64,000 nt of DNA from Selaginella moellendorffii (taxonomy: Eukaryota; Plantae; Lycopodiophyta), in assembly GCF_000143415.4 (NCBI RefSeq), contig NW_003314335.1, forward strand, positions 929,845 to 993,844. Reading direction: 5' to 3'. A model generated the notes under the pieces. It did no database searches. It had not been told where the DNA came from and saw nothing but the letters and a program-made list of their open reading frames with translations. This document shows positions 38,380 to 50,994 of the stretch, piece by piece. The stretch's first letter is position 1. Each line of letters begins with the position of its first letter. Made by a program: the position numbers and the translations under genes.

Positions 38380-39465
38380 AAATCTAAATCCTTCTCGGAG
38401 CGTAAACACTTCCACCGTGTCCTCTCTTCCCGCGCATAGCTACTGCTTGACTTTCCGGGTTCTCTCTCGTCGTGAAGGCGATTCCCACGCGATCGGAAGA
38501 CGAATCCCCAAGACAGTTTGATCGTCCAGTCCCGATTGGGATCGTAGCAGAAGGATTTCTGGAGCAAGCCCATTGGATCCACCCCGTGCGCGCTCCCGAT
38601 CAGATGCTTGATGCTCTCGATCCTCCCCATCCTTGGATCCAGGAGCGAGACGAGCGGTGTCGAGAAGAGCAAGCCAGAGGCGTCGTCCAGGACGTCAAAC
38701 TGGTGGAATCCACGCTCCACCGTGAGCGGCACGCCCAATTCCACCACACAGGCATGTGTTGAGGTATACGCTCTCTATGACATGATCCTAAGTGGCAGGA
38801 GTGCCACTTCATTGATCTAGGTGTAGGCTAGAGGTGTGTCTCTTGATCATGTATATATATTTATGATATAATATACAATTATCCTTTGAGTCATCCACCA
38901 TTGTAGCTTTTGCTCTTCTTCTATTCAGTGTGGATCTTAGTGTCCGCACTATACAATCCATGGTATCTCTCGAGGCAATCATCCAAGACCTTGTCAAGCT
39001 CCTCGGCAAGCGCGTAGCTAATCACGAAACCAGTGCCTCCATACACCATGTTTGTCAAGAATCCATCCACGTTTGGAAGTGGCTCTCGGATTATGCGGGT
39101 GTGGGATTGTCTCGCTACATGGATGTGGTGCCTTCCATTTGATGATGATCTTTCGTACGTGTATCGAAACTTGGAGGTGTCACTGGAAACATTGATCTCG
39201 GGTAGCGTGTCCTGGTCTGGTAGGAAATTCACTGCTTCTTCCAGCCAAACGAAGCCTCTCATTCGCTCCTCCAGCCTCCACCATGCTTGACAAGTTCTTT
39301 GCCCGAATCCCACATCGTGGCGTTGGAGCTGATCCAAACACAATGTTCGTGAGATTGGTATCTCCCACGTCTTGTTTGATCGTATGCGATCATGTTCTTG
39401 AGTTGAAATTCACGTAGTGTCTCACGGTGAGATGGACGGTCACAGCGTACAAAGAAGAACTCCAT
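38380..39465 (-). pseudogene. DUF604 glycosyltransferase pseudogene, copy 2
   Basis: TNIVFG, MRGFVWLE, MVYGGTGFVISYALA, CLERYHGLYSAD, ELGVPLTVERGFHQFD, LLQKSFCYD; deletions and frameshifts. Confidence 0.8.
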
Positions 39466-39597
39466 ACGCTAGAACAAGGAGAACGATCATCCCAGAATAT
39501 ATCACCTCTTTCTTCTTCGCAATCGAAATACTATCACAATGAAAAGGTGGTGGCATTTTTATAGTTTGCTAAGATCCCAGGAAGTACCCATCTGTTT

Positions 39598-40083
39598 TTA
39601 GGGTTCTTTGCTTCCGTCGACGAAGAGGCCAAAGGAGAGGCCGACTTTCCAGTAATTGAGCATTTTCACCAGGAATCGCAACTTCTCCGTCACGGGCGGG
39701 ATCTTATACATGAGAAATCCAATGCCTTCGATCACAGCCACGATGATCGCGCCCACCAGCACGTCCCAGTCCCCTGTTTGCCCCAGCACCGTGGCCAGGG
39801 CGTTGCCCGAGTAGAATCCCAGGAGCAGCAAGAACACTTTGAGCGGCAAATTGCGTCTGATCTCCCGGAATCGCTCCAGCAGATCGATCCTTTTCGCTTC
39901 CAGTAGCTGTCCAAGACGAGTGGAGATGGGATTATTGCCGCTCCCGCGTCTTCTCACTGGATCCTCGCTGAATCCGTTGCTGCTACTGGCGCCATCGGTT
40001 CGTAGGGTTCTCGTGACGATGCTGGATCGCTGGTGTGGACCAATGTAAAGCAGGATTGGGGAAGAACAGACAAATGCCGCCAT
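39598..40083 (-). CDS. Ycf20-like (DUF565) plastid membrane protein
   Basis: KVFLLLLGFYSGNALATVLGQTGDWDV...NYWKVGLSFGLFVD. The usual AFKLGS tail appears shortened (FVDGSKEP). Confidence 0.85.
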   Translation of the reverse strand: MAAFVCSSPILLYIGPHQRSSIVTRTLRTDGASSSNGFSEDPVRRRGSGNNPISTRLGQLLEAKRIDLLERFREIRRNLPLKVFLLLLGFYSGNALATVLGQTGDWDVLVGAIIVAVIEGIGFLMYKIPPVTEKLRFLVKMLNYWKVGLSFGLFVDGSKEP

Positions 40084-40131
40084 GCGATCCCAAAACCCTA
40101 GCCAGGAAAGAACCCTACCGAAGAATGTGCC

Positions 40132-41790
40132 ATGGCGCTTGTAACCGGCGCCATTCCGGTGGCGATCGCGAGCTCATCCTCGACATCTTTGGCTCCGATT
40201 TCTTGCAGCGCGCAGGCCGTACAGCAAAATGTGAGCTTCTGGAAGAATGCCACTGCCACTGCTGGCGAGGAGCAAATATTTTCAGGCCAGGGACCAGGTA
40301 CGTCGCGGCAGTGGACGAAGAATCGGTGACAGAGATTTACAAGCGTCTCGAATCGAGGTTGATTCTGGTGGGGAGTTTAGCCGCATTCCAGGGCCTCCAC
40401 TTTAGCCATATTGCAGTGTGCAAGATCTTGTAAAGAACGAAAAATCCAGACACTGCTCTCGCGTTCTTCCAGTGGCTGACCAAAGAAGCTTGTTACAATC
40501 CCAATACGGTGGCATACAATTACTTGCTCAATGCGCTCGTCAAGGCCAGGAGAATCCATCAAGTGAGAGAGATGCTGGATCGAAAAACTCTAGGGTAGTT
40601 CGTGCACAGCGAGTTCACATATGGAACTCTCGTCCACGGCCACAGCCTTGCCGGGGAGTTCGACGAGGCAAAGAGGCTTGTGGAGGAGTTTAAGGATACA
40701 GTGATGAGCCCCGGGAGCTTGCTCGTTCTCCACAGCCTCATGCTCAAAGGTTTCTCCGAGGCTGTGGACGAGGCCAAGAGCCATCTCCACTGGATGGATT
40801 GCAAGCCCAACAGCGTCTCCTACAACACGCTCATTGATGCGCTGTGTAGCTTCGGGAGGATCTAGGAGGCCCGTGAAGAGCTCCAGGCCATGGCCAAGCG
40901 AGGCGTGGGTGGCTTACAACGCGATGGCCACGGGCCTCAGCAAAGCTGGCCTCGACGAGGCTTTTGAGCTCATGGGAGTGATGGAAAGCGCTGGTTTTGC
41001 TCTGACGGCTGTGACTTTCAATCCGGTGGTGGAGTTTCTCTGCAAATCCGGGAGGCCGGACGAGGCATGCAAGGTGATGGAGACAATGCTTCTCAGGAAC
41101 ATCGAGCCCAACATTCTGACGCTCAACTTGATCCTCCACGCCTTCTGCAAGGCGGCACGGCCCGAGGAAGCGCTCGGCATGACGGACATAATGGTGGAGA
41201 TGGGATTCTGCCCGACCATCGTCACCTTCAACGCGCTGCTGGAGCTGTTCTGCAACACCGATCAGATGGACAGCGCCGCCGAGCTCCTGGAAACGATGGC
41301 GCGCAGCAAGTGCAAGCCAAACTTCGTGACTTACAGCATCATGGTCCAAAAGTTTGCAGAGATGGGGAGAATGGTGGAAGCTCGAGCGTTCCTGGAGCAG
41401 CTGGTGGTGTGTGGCTATGCTCCCAATCTCCTGGTGTGCAATGGCTACGTCGCGGGGCTTTGCAAAACCGGAGAGATGGATCTAAACACCGCGACTTACA
41501 ACAGCCTTGTGGAGGGTTTTTGCAAGCTCGGTAGCGGAGAGGGTCCTCGAGGAGATGATCGCTGAGGGAAGCCTTCTGGACTCGACCACTTACAGCGTTT
41601 TGATCCAGGGGCTTTGCAGCGCTGGACAGATCAAGCACGCCTTCATGGCGGGCGGTGGAATCAGTGAGGCTGGATCCAGCCACCTTTGTCAAGCTGATAG
41701 AGAAGCTGTGTGAATTGGGAGAGATGGTCAGGGCCACTAGAGAATGGGAGATGAGCACGAAGAGTTTCGTGTATGCTCACTGCCCAAGTA
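40132..41790 (+). pseudogene. P-class PPR pseudogene
   Basis: 35-aa motifs PNSVSYNTLIDALC, PTIVTFNALL, PNFVTYSIMV, TYNSLVEGFCK interrupted by stops and frameshifts. Confidence 0.8.
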
Positions 41791-43085
41791 ACTTGGAGGA
41801 GCATCACCATGAACGCTGTAAGAAACGAAAGGACTTAACCTTTGTTTAAAGGTTTATTGGCTAAGACAAAATGGATTAAGTAATTTATTAATTAAAAACA
41901 AATGAAATTTAATTAATTAGCAATTCTCATTGCTCATTTGTTACTGCCATGAGCACCATTATCAATGCACCACAATTAACCAAACTCACATGTCCTCCCT
42001 TCTTGGTTGGGCTAGGAGGAAGAACAATTTCGAAATTATATTGTTAACAATGCAAATGAAAAAAAGATTTTAAAGGAATTTTAAATTGTTGTTAGAACAT
42101 TTATTTGACACTTCTAAATTTGGGAAGGTGGATCCTTGCCAGATCAACCACGAGCTCTCGAATAGCCATTGCTCTCACTCATTTGGACACCATAACCTTG
42201 TAAAAACATGTAAACTTGTATATAATCATTTATAATTAAATTTAATATTTATTACCTTATTGTTGTAATTAAAATGATAATTAAAACAATTATTGATAAA
42301 TTATTTTCTTTATTTTATTTTTCAATTTAAAAGGTTTAAGTAAATTATAGTTAAATAAAACTTGAAAAATATTTAATACATAGATATTTATTTTAATGGT
42401 TTATCAGGAAGAGAATTTTTATATTTTTTATGAAAATTTTCAAAAATCGATAAAATACTTAGTCTTTTAGTTCTTTAATATTTATTTTAATTTATTATCA
42501 TGTGCATTTTTTATTTTACTATATATTTAATAAATAAAATATTATATTAATACTAGTATTGGTACCTACAAAACTGAATTAAATTGCTAATAAGTCTTTG
42601 AGTTGCCATATTATTTTTAGCTAAATCATTTTGTCCCCTACTGTGATAAATTGGTAAATTTTAATTTTTTATTTTATTATATATATTTGTTAAGCTGCCC
42701 TTGATTTCAAATTCAAGCATAGGACTTGAAATAACAAGGTGATAAATTTTAAATAATAATAACTTATTAAATTAAGTAATTTTTAAAAATTAAAAATTCC
42801 TTAAAGTTATACTTATATAGAATTTGGAAAAATAAGCTAATTTTATTTTATTTCAGCACTTAAATTATTTTTATTTCAAAGTCCATAAGTTATTTTTAAA
42901 ACACTCTAATATAAGTTATTAAAATCTCATAAAAACACTAATAATAATAAGTAACTTTTATAATGATTTATATAAATATTTTCTAAATTCATTCAATTAT
43001 AAAAATTATGTATTTATTACAAATATTTTTGTCTTCACAGTTTAAATTTGAGGAATTATATTATTAAAGAGTTGTAAAATTTGAT

Positions 43086-43655
43086 NNNNNNNNNNNNNNN
43101 NNNNNNNNNNNNNNNNNNNNNNNNNNNNNNNNNNNNNNNNNNNNNNNNNNNNNNNNNNNNNNNNNNNNNNNNNNNNNNNNNNNNNNNNNNNNNNNNNNNN
43201 NNNNNNNNNNNNNNNNNNNNNNNNNNNNNNNNNNNNNNNNNNNNNNNNNNNNNNNNNNNNNNNNNNNNNNNNNNNNNNNNNNNNNNNNNNNNNNNNNNNN
43301 NNNNNNNNNNNNNNNNNNNNNNNNNNNNNNNNNNNNNNNNNNNNNNNNNNNNNNNNNNNNNNNNNNNNNNNNNNNNNNNNNNNNNNNNNNNNNNNNNNNN
43401 NNNNNNNNNNNNNNNNNNNNNNNNNNNNNNNNNNNNNNNNNNNNNNNNNNNNNNNNNNNNNNNNNNNNNNNNNNNNNNNNNNNNNNNNNNNNNNNNNNNN
43501 NNNNNNNNNNNNNNNNNNNNNNNNNNNNNNNNNNNNNNNNNNNNNNNNNNNNNNNNNNNNNNNNNNNNNNNNNNNNNNNNNNNNNNNNNNNNNNNNNNNN
43601 NNNNNNNNNNNNNNNNNNNNNNNNNNNNNNNNNNNNNNNNNNNNNNNNNNNNNNN
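43086..43655. other. Assembly gap (N run)
   Basis: Run of n. Confidence 0.99.
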
Positions 43656-43657
43656 AC

Positions 43658-43723
<66 letters not shown>

Positions 43724-43796
43724 ACGTACGTATACGCGCGTGTATATACGTACAGTAGATACATACATATATATACATACATATACACACATATAT

Positions 43797-43853
<57 letters not shown>

Positions 43854-43884
43854 CATATACATACATATATATACATATATATAC

Positions 43885-43919
<35 letters not shown>

Positions 43920-44285
43920 CATACATATACATACATATATATACATATACATACATATACATACATATACATACATATACACATATACATACATACATAT
44001 ACATACATATACATATACATACATATACATACATATACACATATATATACATACATATACATACATATACATACATATACATATATATACATATACATAT
44101 ACATATACATACATACATATACATACATATACACATATATATACATACATATACATACATATACATATATATACATATACATATACATACATATACATAC
44201 ATACATATACATACATATACATATACATACATATACATACATATACATATATACATATACATACATATATGTATATATACATACA

Positions 44286-44364
<79 letters not shown>

Positions 44365-44418
44365 GTGTGTGTATGTGTATGTGGATGTGTGTGTGGGTGT
44401 GGGGGTGTGTGGGTGTGT

Positions 44419-44467
<49 letters not shown>

Positions 44468-44468
44468 T

Positions 44469-44520
<52 letters not shown>
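43656..44520. repeat. Compound microsatellite (TA)n/(TACA)n/(TG)n
   Basis: Direct inspection; flanked by gaps on both sides. Confidence 0.97.
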
Positions 44521-44790
44521 NNNNNNNNNNNNNNNNNNNNNNNNNNNNNNNNNNNNNNNNNNNNNNNNNNNNNNNNNNNNNNNNNNNNNNNNNNNNNNNN
44601 NNNNNNNNNNNNNNNNNNNNNNNNNNNNNNNNNNNNNNNNNNNNNNNNNNNNNNNNNNNNNNNNNNNNNNNNNNNNNNNNNNNNNNNNNNNNNNNNNNNN
44701 NNNNNNNNNNNNNNNNNNNNNNNNNNNNNNNNNNNNNNNNNNNNNNNNNNNNNNNNNNNNNNNNNNNNNNNNNNNNNNNNNNNNNNNNNN
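44521..44790. other. Assembly gap (N run)
   Basis: Run of n. Confidence 0.99.
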
Positions 44791-46840
44791 ATGAAAAAAG
44801 TGATGGTAATAAGTTAAGTAGAACATTTGAAGCAATTATAAACTACCATAAGAAACTAAAATTCCCACAAAAGTTGTTGACAACAATCATTGAAATAAAA
44901 CCCAAAACTATAGCATAAGTATCAATTGTCAATGGAATCTTGATGAACCAATTATAACTTTATGTATAACTACTAAATGCTTAAACAAACTTCGAAATTA
45001 TAATTTTGAACCAAAGTAAGGGATTTTAAGAATCACTATAATCCATGAAATGTTGTTGCAACAAATGATACATTTTATATTTAAGTCTACCAACCGATAA
45101 TCCTTCGAGACCACTTTTACTTGAACTCACAACCATAAGTAAAGCTTGCCTCTACATTTTCTATTCAATCAACATTCAAAACCCATGTTAATTCAGATTT
45201 ATAACTTTTATCCTTGTCTAACATTGTATATGGGAGATTAAACTCACTTTATTTGTTTTTCACATCCTCTTTATCCCCTCTTCGAAGAACAAATTGTTTT
45301 GAAGATTTGGATTCATTACACTTGTCTTCTCTTTGCTATTTATATTCAGCCTCATTCCATTATTGCATTTGTTTGGCCTTACTATGTTGAGGTTAGATAT
45401 ACTATTTAGACTCATTATGCTCATCTTTATTCCATAATCCATATTGTTTATCTTCGCTCCATTACTATATTTACTCATCCTCTCTCCATCATTAGGGCTG
45501 AATTCCCATATGTCCCCTCTCCCCCTCCTCCAAAGAAAAAAAAGTTTGAAGTATTAGGGCAAAAAGGAGAAAATAAAAAAAACTGAAGAAAAACAATTGT
45601 GGAAGAAGAAAAATTGGATAAAGAAGAATTTGTAACCACTAGCAATGTAGAAATAGGGAAATCAATAGAAAGATATATGTTTAAAGCTTGGAAAATAGGG
45701 GATTTTCTATCATAAAATACTTCGACCACCATAAATATAATCACCACTCAACTTCCTCAACACACAACTCAATAACAAAGATGGGGAAAATTAATAACAA
45801 CATCCACATTCTCAAGGGAATACATGAATTTATCAACAGCAACAATGGCTTTTAACAGCACTAACAAGTGGGAATATCACTTGAAATTCTAGCTAAAGTG
45901 ACTCAATCCTTAAAACATAGGAATACTCAACACCAGAATTAATTATAAACTTTGTCAATGAAACAAAAGTAAGATTCTCAACTTTATACACATACTTAAC
46001 ATTTAAATTAATATAAGAAGGATATAAAACATGCAATTCAACACTGGACTAAGAATGAGAATCATGAGAGTCACAAATGATTGATGTGTTATGAAAAAGA
46101 AACATTTTAGATGAGGAAAAAATATTAAAAACATAAGAAAGTGGCTCAAGCCAAAAAGGTAAAAAAAATAGAATTAGATAGCAAATTGAAGAATTAACAT
46201 TTACCTTACAAAATTTTCATTTTATCTCCAAAACTATCTCTATAATAATTAAGTTTATCAAAATGATGTAGAATCCACTTGAGCTCATACAAATCGTTTT
46301 CCCATATACTCAATCCTTGAATATTTTCCAAGAACTAGACTGCATCATCCATAACTTGCCAATCGATATCACAATCACACTCCACATTAACAAGAGATGG
46401 CAAAACACTGAGAAAAAGATAAACTATGTAATCACATCTCATAAAAGTTGGAGACGACAACATACTAAGGATGGGTGCAACACCAATATAATCACATTTC
46501 ATAGCATTAAGAGTTTGATCCAATGAAGTATTATTAGCCCTTGATCAATGATGGCATGACATGGTAAAAAAATAAAATGTAATAAAGATAAAATAAAAAG
46601 AGTAGATCTAAGTACAATGATAACTAGAATTCCAGATCTTGTAAAAAGCTAATACAAATTTAGATTTAAGAGCAAAGCATTATCAACTTTGCCCTTCAGG
46701 GACAAATTGCAATATCCCTCATTTCCATTAATGTGGGAATAAGTATATTAATTAGGGTTTAAACCCCTGCTTATATACAAGAATAAATGGACCATATTTA
46801 ATCCCAAATGGAGAGTCAATATACTATAGTACTATAGTTA

Positions 46841-46980
<140 letters not shown>

Positions 46981-47770
46981 NNNNNNNNNNNNNNNNNNNN
47001 NNNNNNNNNNNNNNNNNNNNNNNNNNNNNNNNNNNNNNNNNNNNNNNNNNNNNNNNNNNNNNNNNNNNNNNNNNNNNNNNNNNNNNNNNNNNNNNNNNNN
47101 NNNNNNNNNNNNNNNNNNNNNNNNNNNNNNNNNNNNNNNNNNNNNNNNNNNNNNNNNNNNNNNNNNNNNNNNNNNNNNNNNNNNNNNNNNNNNNNNNNNN
47201 NNNNNNNNNNNNNNNNNNNNNNNNNNNNNNNNNNNNNNNNNNNNNNNNNNNNNNNNNNNNNNNNNNNNNNNNNNNNNNNNNNNNNNNNNNNNNNNNNNNN
47301 NNNNNNNNNNNNNNNNNNNNNNNNNNNNNNNNNNNNNNNNNNNNNNNNNNNNNNNNNNNNNNNNNNNNNNNNNNNNNNNNNNNNNNNNNNNNNNNNNNNN
47401 NNNNNNNNNNNNNNNNNNNNNNNNNNNNNNNNNNNNNNNNNNNNNNNNNNNNNNNNNNNNNNNNNNNNNNNNNNNNNNNNNNNNNNNNNNNNNNNNNNNN
47501 NNNNNNNNNNNNNNNNNNNNNNNNNNNNNNNNNNNNNNNNNNNNNNNNNNNNNNNNNNNNNNNNNNNNNNNNNNNNNNNNNNNNNNNNNNNNNNNNNNNN
47601 NNNNNNNNNNNNNNNNNNNNNNNNNNNNNNNNNNNNNNNNNNNNNNNNNNNNNNNNNNNNNNNNNNNNNNNNNNNNNNNNNNNNNNNNNNNNNNNNNNNN
47701 NNNNNNNNNNNNNNNNNNNNNNNNNNNNNNNNNNNNNNNNNNNNNNNNNNNNNNNNNNNNNNNNNNNNNN
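46981..47770. other. Assembly gap (N run)
   Basis: Run of n. Confidence 0.99.
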
Positions 47771-49315
47771 ACCATAGTGCTGTTTGGATGGCGCCAAGTT
47801 ATAGTCCCGGATCATCGATGCAAAGTAGCTCCTGCCAATGCGGGCATTGCCGGCGTGGTTGCAGCACAGTAGAACGCAAGTGAAGGAGGAATCCATAGCC
47901 GAGAATCCTTCCACCTCCATGCTTGCGAGGATCCCGATGGTTTCCACTAGCTTCTTGCTTGCAGCGGCCAAGAGCGCAGTCCAGAGGATAGAATCACGCT
48001 CCAGAAGTCCATCAAAGAGAGATTTAGCTCTTTGGAAGCTCCCCTTCCGTGCGTAGCCGAGGATCAAGACCGTCCACGATCGTAAGTCCCGCTCCGGCAT
48101 CTCTGAGAGGATGAAGCTCGCTCGCTCGATGCAGCCGCTCTGGACGAGTCCGGCCAGCATGAGGTTCCACGAGACTTTGTTTCGATCGGGCATGCACGAA
48201 AAGAGAGTCTCGCATTCTTCGATATGCCCGTGTTGCGCATACGCGGCCAGCACTGTGTTCCACGAAACCACGTCCCACTTGAGCATTCCATCGAAAAACT
48301 GGAGCGCTTCGTCAACTTTTCCCGCTTGAGCGTAGCAGTGAAGCATGGCATTTCTAGATACCAGGTCCTGGCACGGCATCTCTTGAAAAAAAACCTTTAC
48401 CCGCGAGAGGGATTCATTCTGAGCGATCAGTGCAAGCATCAAAGTCCACGAGACCAAATTCCTTTCTGGCATTTCCTCGTAGAAAATTCTTTTCACCCTT
48501 TCAAACCTAGCAAAGGTGGTGTCGGCGTTGTTATACGCAACCAACATTGCATTATAGGACATCACGTCCAGGAACGGCAAAGCTTTCCACAAGTTCTCCA
48601 CTTCCACAACATGCCCTCTTTGGGCATATGCCGTAAGCATGGCATTCCACGTCACTATATTCCGCCGCGGCGACTCCTCGAAAACACTTCTCGCGGCATC
48701 TACACTCCCGTACCGTCCAGACGCCGAAAGCATCGCGTTGAAAGATGCCATGTCACGCTCGGGCATATTCTCAAACACCTGTTTCGCCTTTGGGAAATAC
48801 CCGTGTTGGGCATATCCTACAAGCATCGTGGTCCACGATATAAGATTCCTCTCAGACATTTCTTCAAATAAAACTCTCGCGTTTTGTATAAATCCATTCT
48901 GCGAGTACACGGCAAGCATCGAGTTCCACGACACTAAGCTCCACTCCGGCATATTCTCAAACATTTCTATAGCGTCTTCCAGATACCCGTTAAGGGCATA
49001 TGCCGAAAGCACCGTGTTCCATGTCACAGCATCTCTGCCGGTGGTCATTTGATCAAACAATTCCTTCGCAGAGCCGATATGCCCGCTTTGGGCATACGCA
49101 GCGATCATCAAGTTCCAGGAGAAAACATTCTTCACGGCGAGACCATCAAAAACTCGCCGAGCTTCTTCCAAACTCCCACACCTCCCATACATTTGCACAA
49201 GCAAATTCGAGAGATACTGCGCTTGGTGGTGATGACTCGCGATCTTCGAGTGGACGTCTCTCACCTGGGACAAGCTCTTGCAAGATCTGATAAGCCCAAC
49301 AAAGTCTTCCACCAT
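47771..49315 (-). CDS. PLS-class PPR protein (S-motif rich); 3' end lost in the gap
   Basis: LVQMYGRCGSLEEARRVFD, repeated SWN.ML.AYAQ.G, ends PSKQHYG at the gap. Confidence 0.9.
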
Positions 49316-49445
49316 TCCATAGACAAAAGAGAGAAAGTTCTCAACAGAGAGAAGGAAACTAGCTTATAAGCGCGAAGGAAAGAAACCAAAAAAGAGAAGC
49401 TATAAGCTTTTGGAAAGCTCTCTCACCTTTGTTTATACTTAATAC

Positions 49446-50744
49446 TTACTTGACTCCCACCACCGCCTTGAGAGCGCTCATAGCTTCCAAGAGCTTGCCA
49501 TAGTCACTGCCGCTGCTACACCCGGATGGAAGCTCCACTCCCATGAAGCCGTAGAGCCGCTCCACTTGAACGCCCAAGGATCCACCAGCGGCGTCCCGGT
49601 AGCCGATCAACTTTTTAAGCGCAACAATCTCCTTGCGAAGGCGAGCGCGCTTTTCCTTTTCCGGGACCTGCTGGAAGTTTTCACCTTGAACACCATCACT
49701 TAAGAAGAAACTTAAAGCTCCAAACAAGTAAAAGAAAGCTCTCACCTCGGGCTTGGCGGCGGCGGCGGCAGCAGCAGCGTTTCGTGCCGAGGTGACGGAT
49801 TCGTCCGAGCTCACTGCGTTGGGCTCCTCTGGAAAATCCTCGGTCATGGAAGCGTACTCGTCCACGGAAGATCTCGGCTCCTCCTTGCTGTGATCCTGTC
49901 CCTCGACGCTGGAGCCACCGTTTTCCACTGAAGAGGCATGGACTTCCTTGGTACTGTCAGGAGCAGCCGCGATCTTTTTCTTGGCTCCACCGGATTCTTC
50001 CTCGGGATTTTCCGGACTGGATCTTTTGTTTGTATTCTCCGGGATAACGCTCAATCCCACTCCCTGATCCTTACTGCCACTGCCCTCGTCTTTATCAGCA
50101 TCAACCTTAACGCCACTCTCTTTGTCTCGATCGCCATCGTGGTCATGAGCTTTAGCTCCAGTAGCGCCACCATCATCATCGTCCGCCAGCTCAACTTCCA
50201 CGCACTGATAAAAATCCGGAGATCCTTTGCACTGCGATTCGGCCTTTTCGATCTTGCTGCCATCTTCATCGTCCTCTTTTTCCTCAAGCTCCACCGAAGT
50301 CTTTGGGTCCGAGGGAGGCTTCTCCACCACAATGTAGTCCTCGGAGGATTTCCCTGGCTCGCCGTGATCCTCTGGAGCCTCCTCGCAAGAAATCTCTCCA
50401 AAAGCTGGCTCTGGGCGATCTTCTTTCTTCGATCCGGCTTCTAGGTTCTCCGAGCAAGCCGACGAAGAAGCCCCAACTGGATCCTCTTTCTCGGCCTCCC
50501 CATCATCCCGGACAGACCCCTGGCCCTCCTCGGAGCTCCCAGGCGACCACTCGAGGTAGTGTTTGGGCGCCTGGAGGATCTTCTTGAGGAGAAGAAACCC
50601 CACAGCGGCCGATCCAACAGGCACCGCGAGGAGAGCGCCAGCAAACGCAAGAACGACCGCGGATGGAACAAGAACCGGGAGCGAGATCACAACAAGCCCC
50701 CCAATGCTGGCTTTCTTGCCCAGCTCCCACAGCCGCGACGACAT
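49446..50744 (-). CDS. SEED LIPID DROPLET PROTEIN (SLDP)-like protein; one in-frame intron near 49686-49746
   Basis: N-terminal GKK followed by a ~40-aa Pro-containing hydrophobic stretch, a long acidic disordered middle, and C-terminal LKKLIGY...LYGFMGVELP...AVVGVK. Resemblance is recalled, not searched. Confidence 0.55.
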   Translation of the reverse strand: MSSRLWELGKKASIGGLVVISLPVLVPSAVVLAFAGALLAVPVGSAAVGFLLLKKILQAPKHYLEWSPGSSEEGQGSVRDDGEAEKEDPVGASSSACSENLEAGSKKEDRPEPAFGEISCEEAPEDHGEPGKSSEDYIVVEKPPSDPKTSVELEEKEDDEDGSKIEKAESQCKGSPDFYQCVEVELADDDDGGATGAKAHDHDGDRDKESGVKVDADKDEGSGSKDQGVGLSVIPENTNKRSSPENPEEESGGAKKKIAAAPDSTKEVHASSVENGGSSVEGQDHSKEEPRSSVDEYASMTEDFPEEPNAVSSDESVTSARNAAAAAAAAKPEVRAFFYLFGALSFFLSDGVQGENFQQVPEKEKRARLRKEIVALKKLIGYRDAAGGSLGVQVERLYGFMGVELPSGCSSGSDYGKLLEAMSALKAVVGVK

Positions 50745-50994
50745 AGCGCTTGAAATCTAGGATCTCCTACTCACCGATCGACACCACGCTCACAAAGACA
50801 ACACAAAGAGCTCGCTGGAGGAAGCGCTCGCCCTGGTCCGCCTCCATGAACCCTATAATCACCGAGAAACTCACTGTTATGTGGCGGCGTGAAAAAGCGA
50901 CACGTGGAGCGCACTCATACGGTGTCACCTGACTCAGCGCTAGCGCGGGAAATTTAAAATTTGGGTTTTAGGGTTCTAGGCTAGGTTATGGAGA

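Noticed and set aside
44791-46840. AT-rich island between gaps as a gene or defined transposon
   Set aside because: Only short ORFs with no recognisable motifs; may be old TE debris but cannot be supported.
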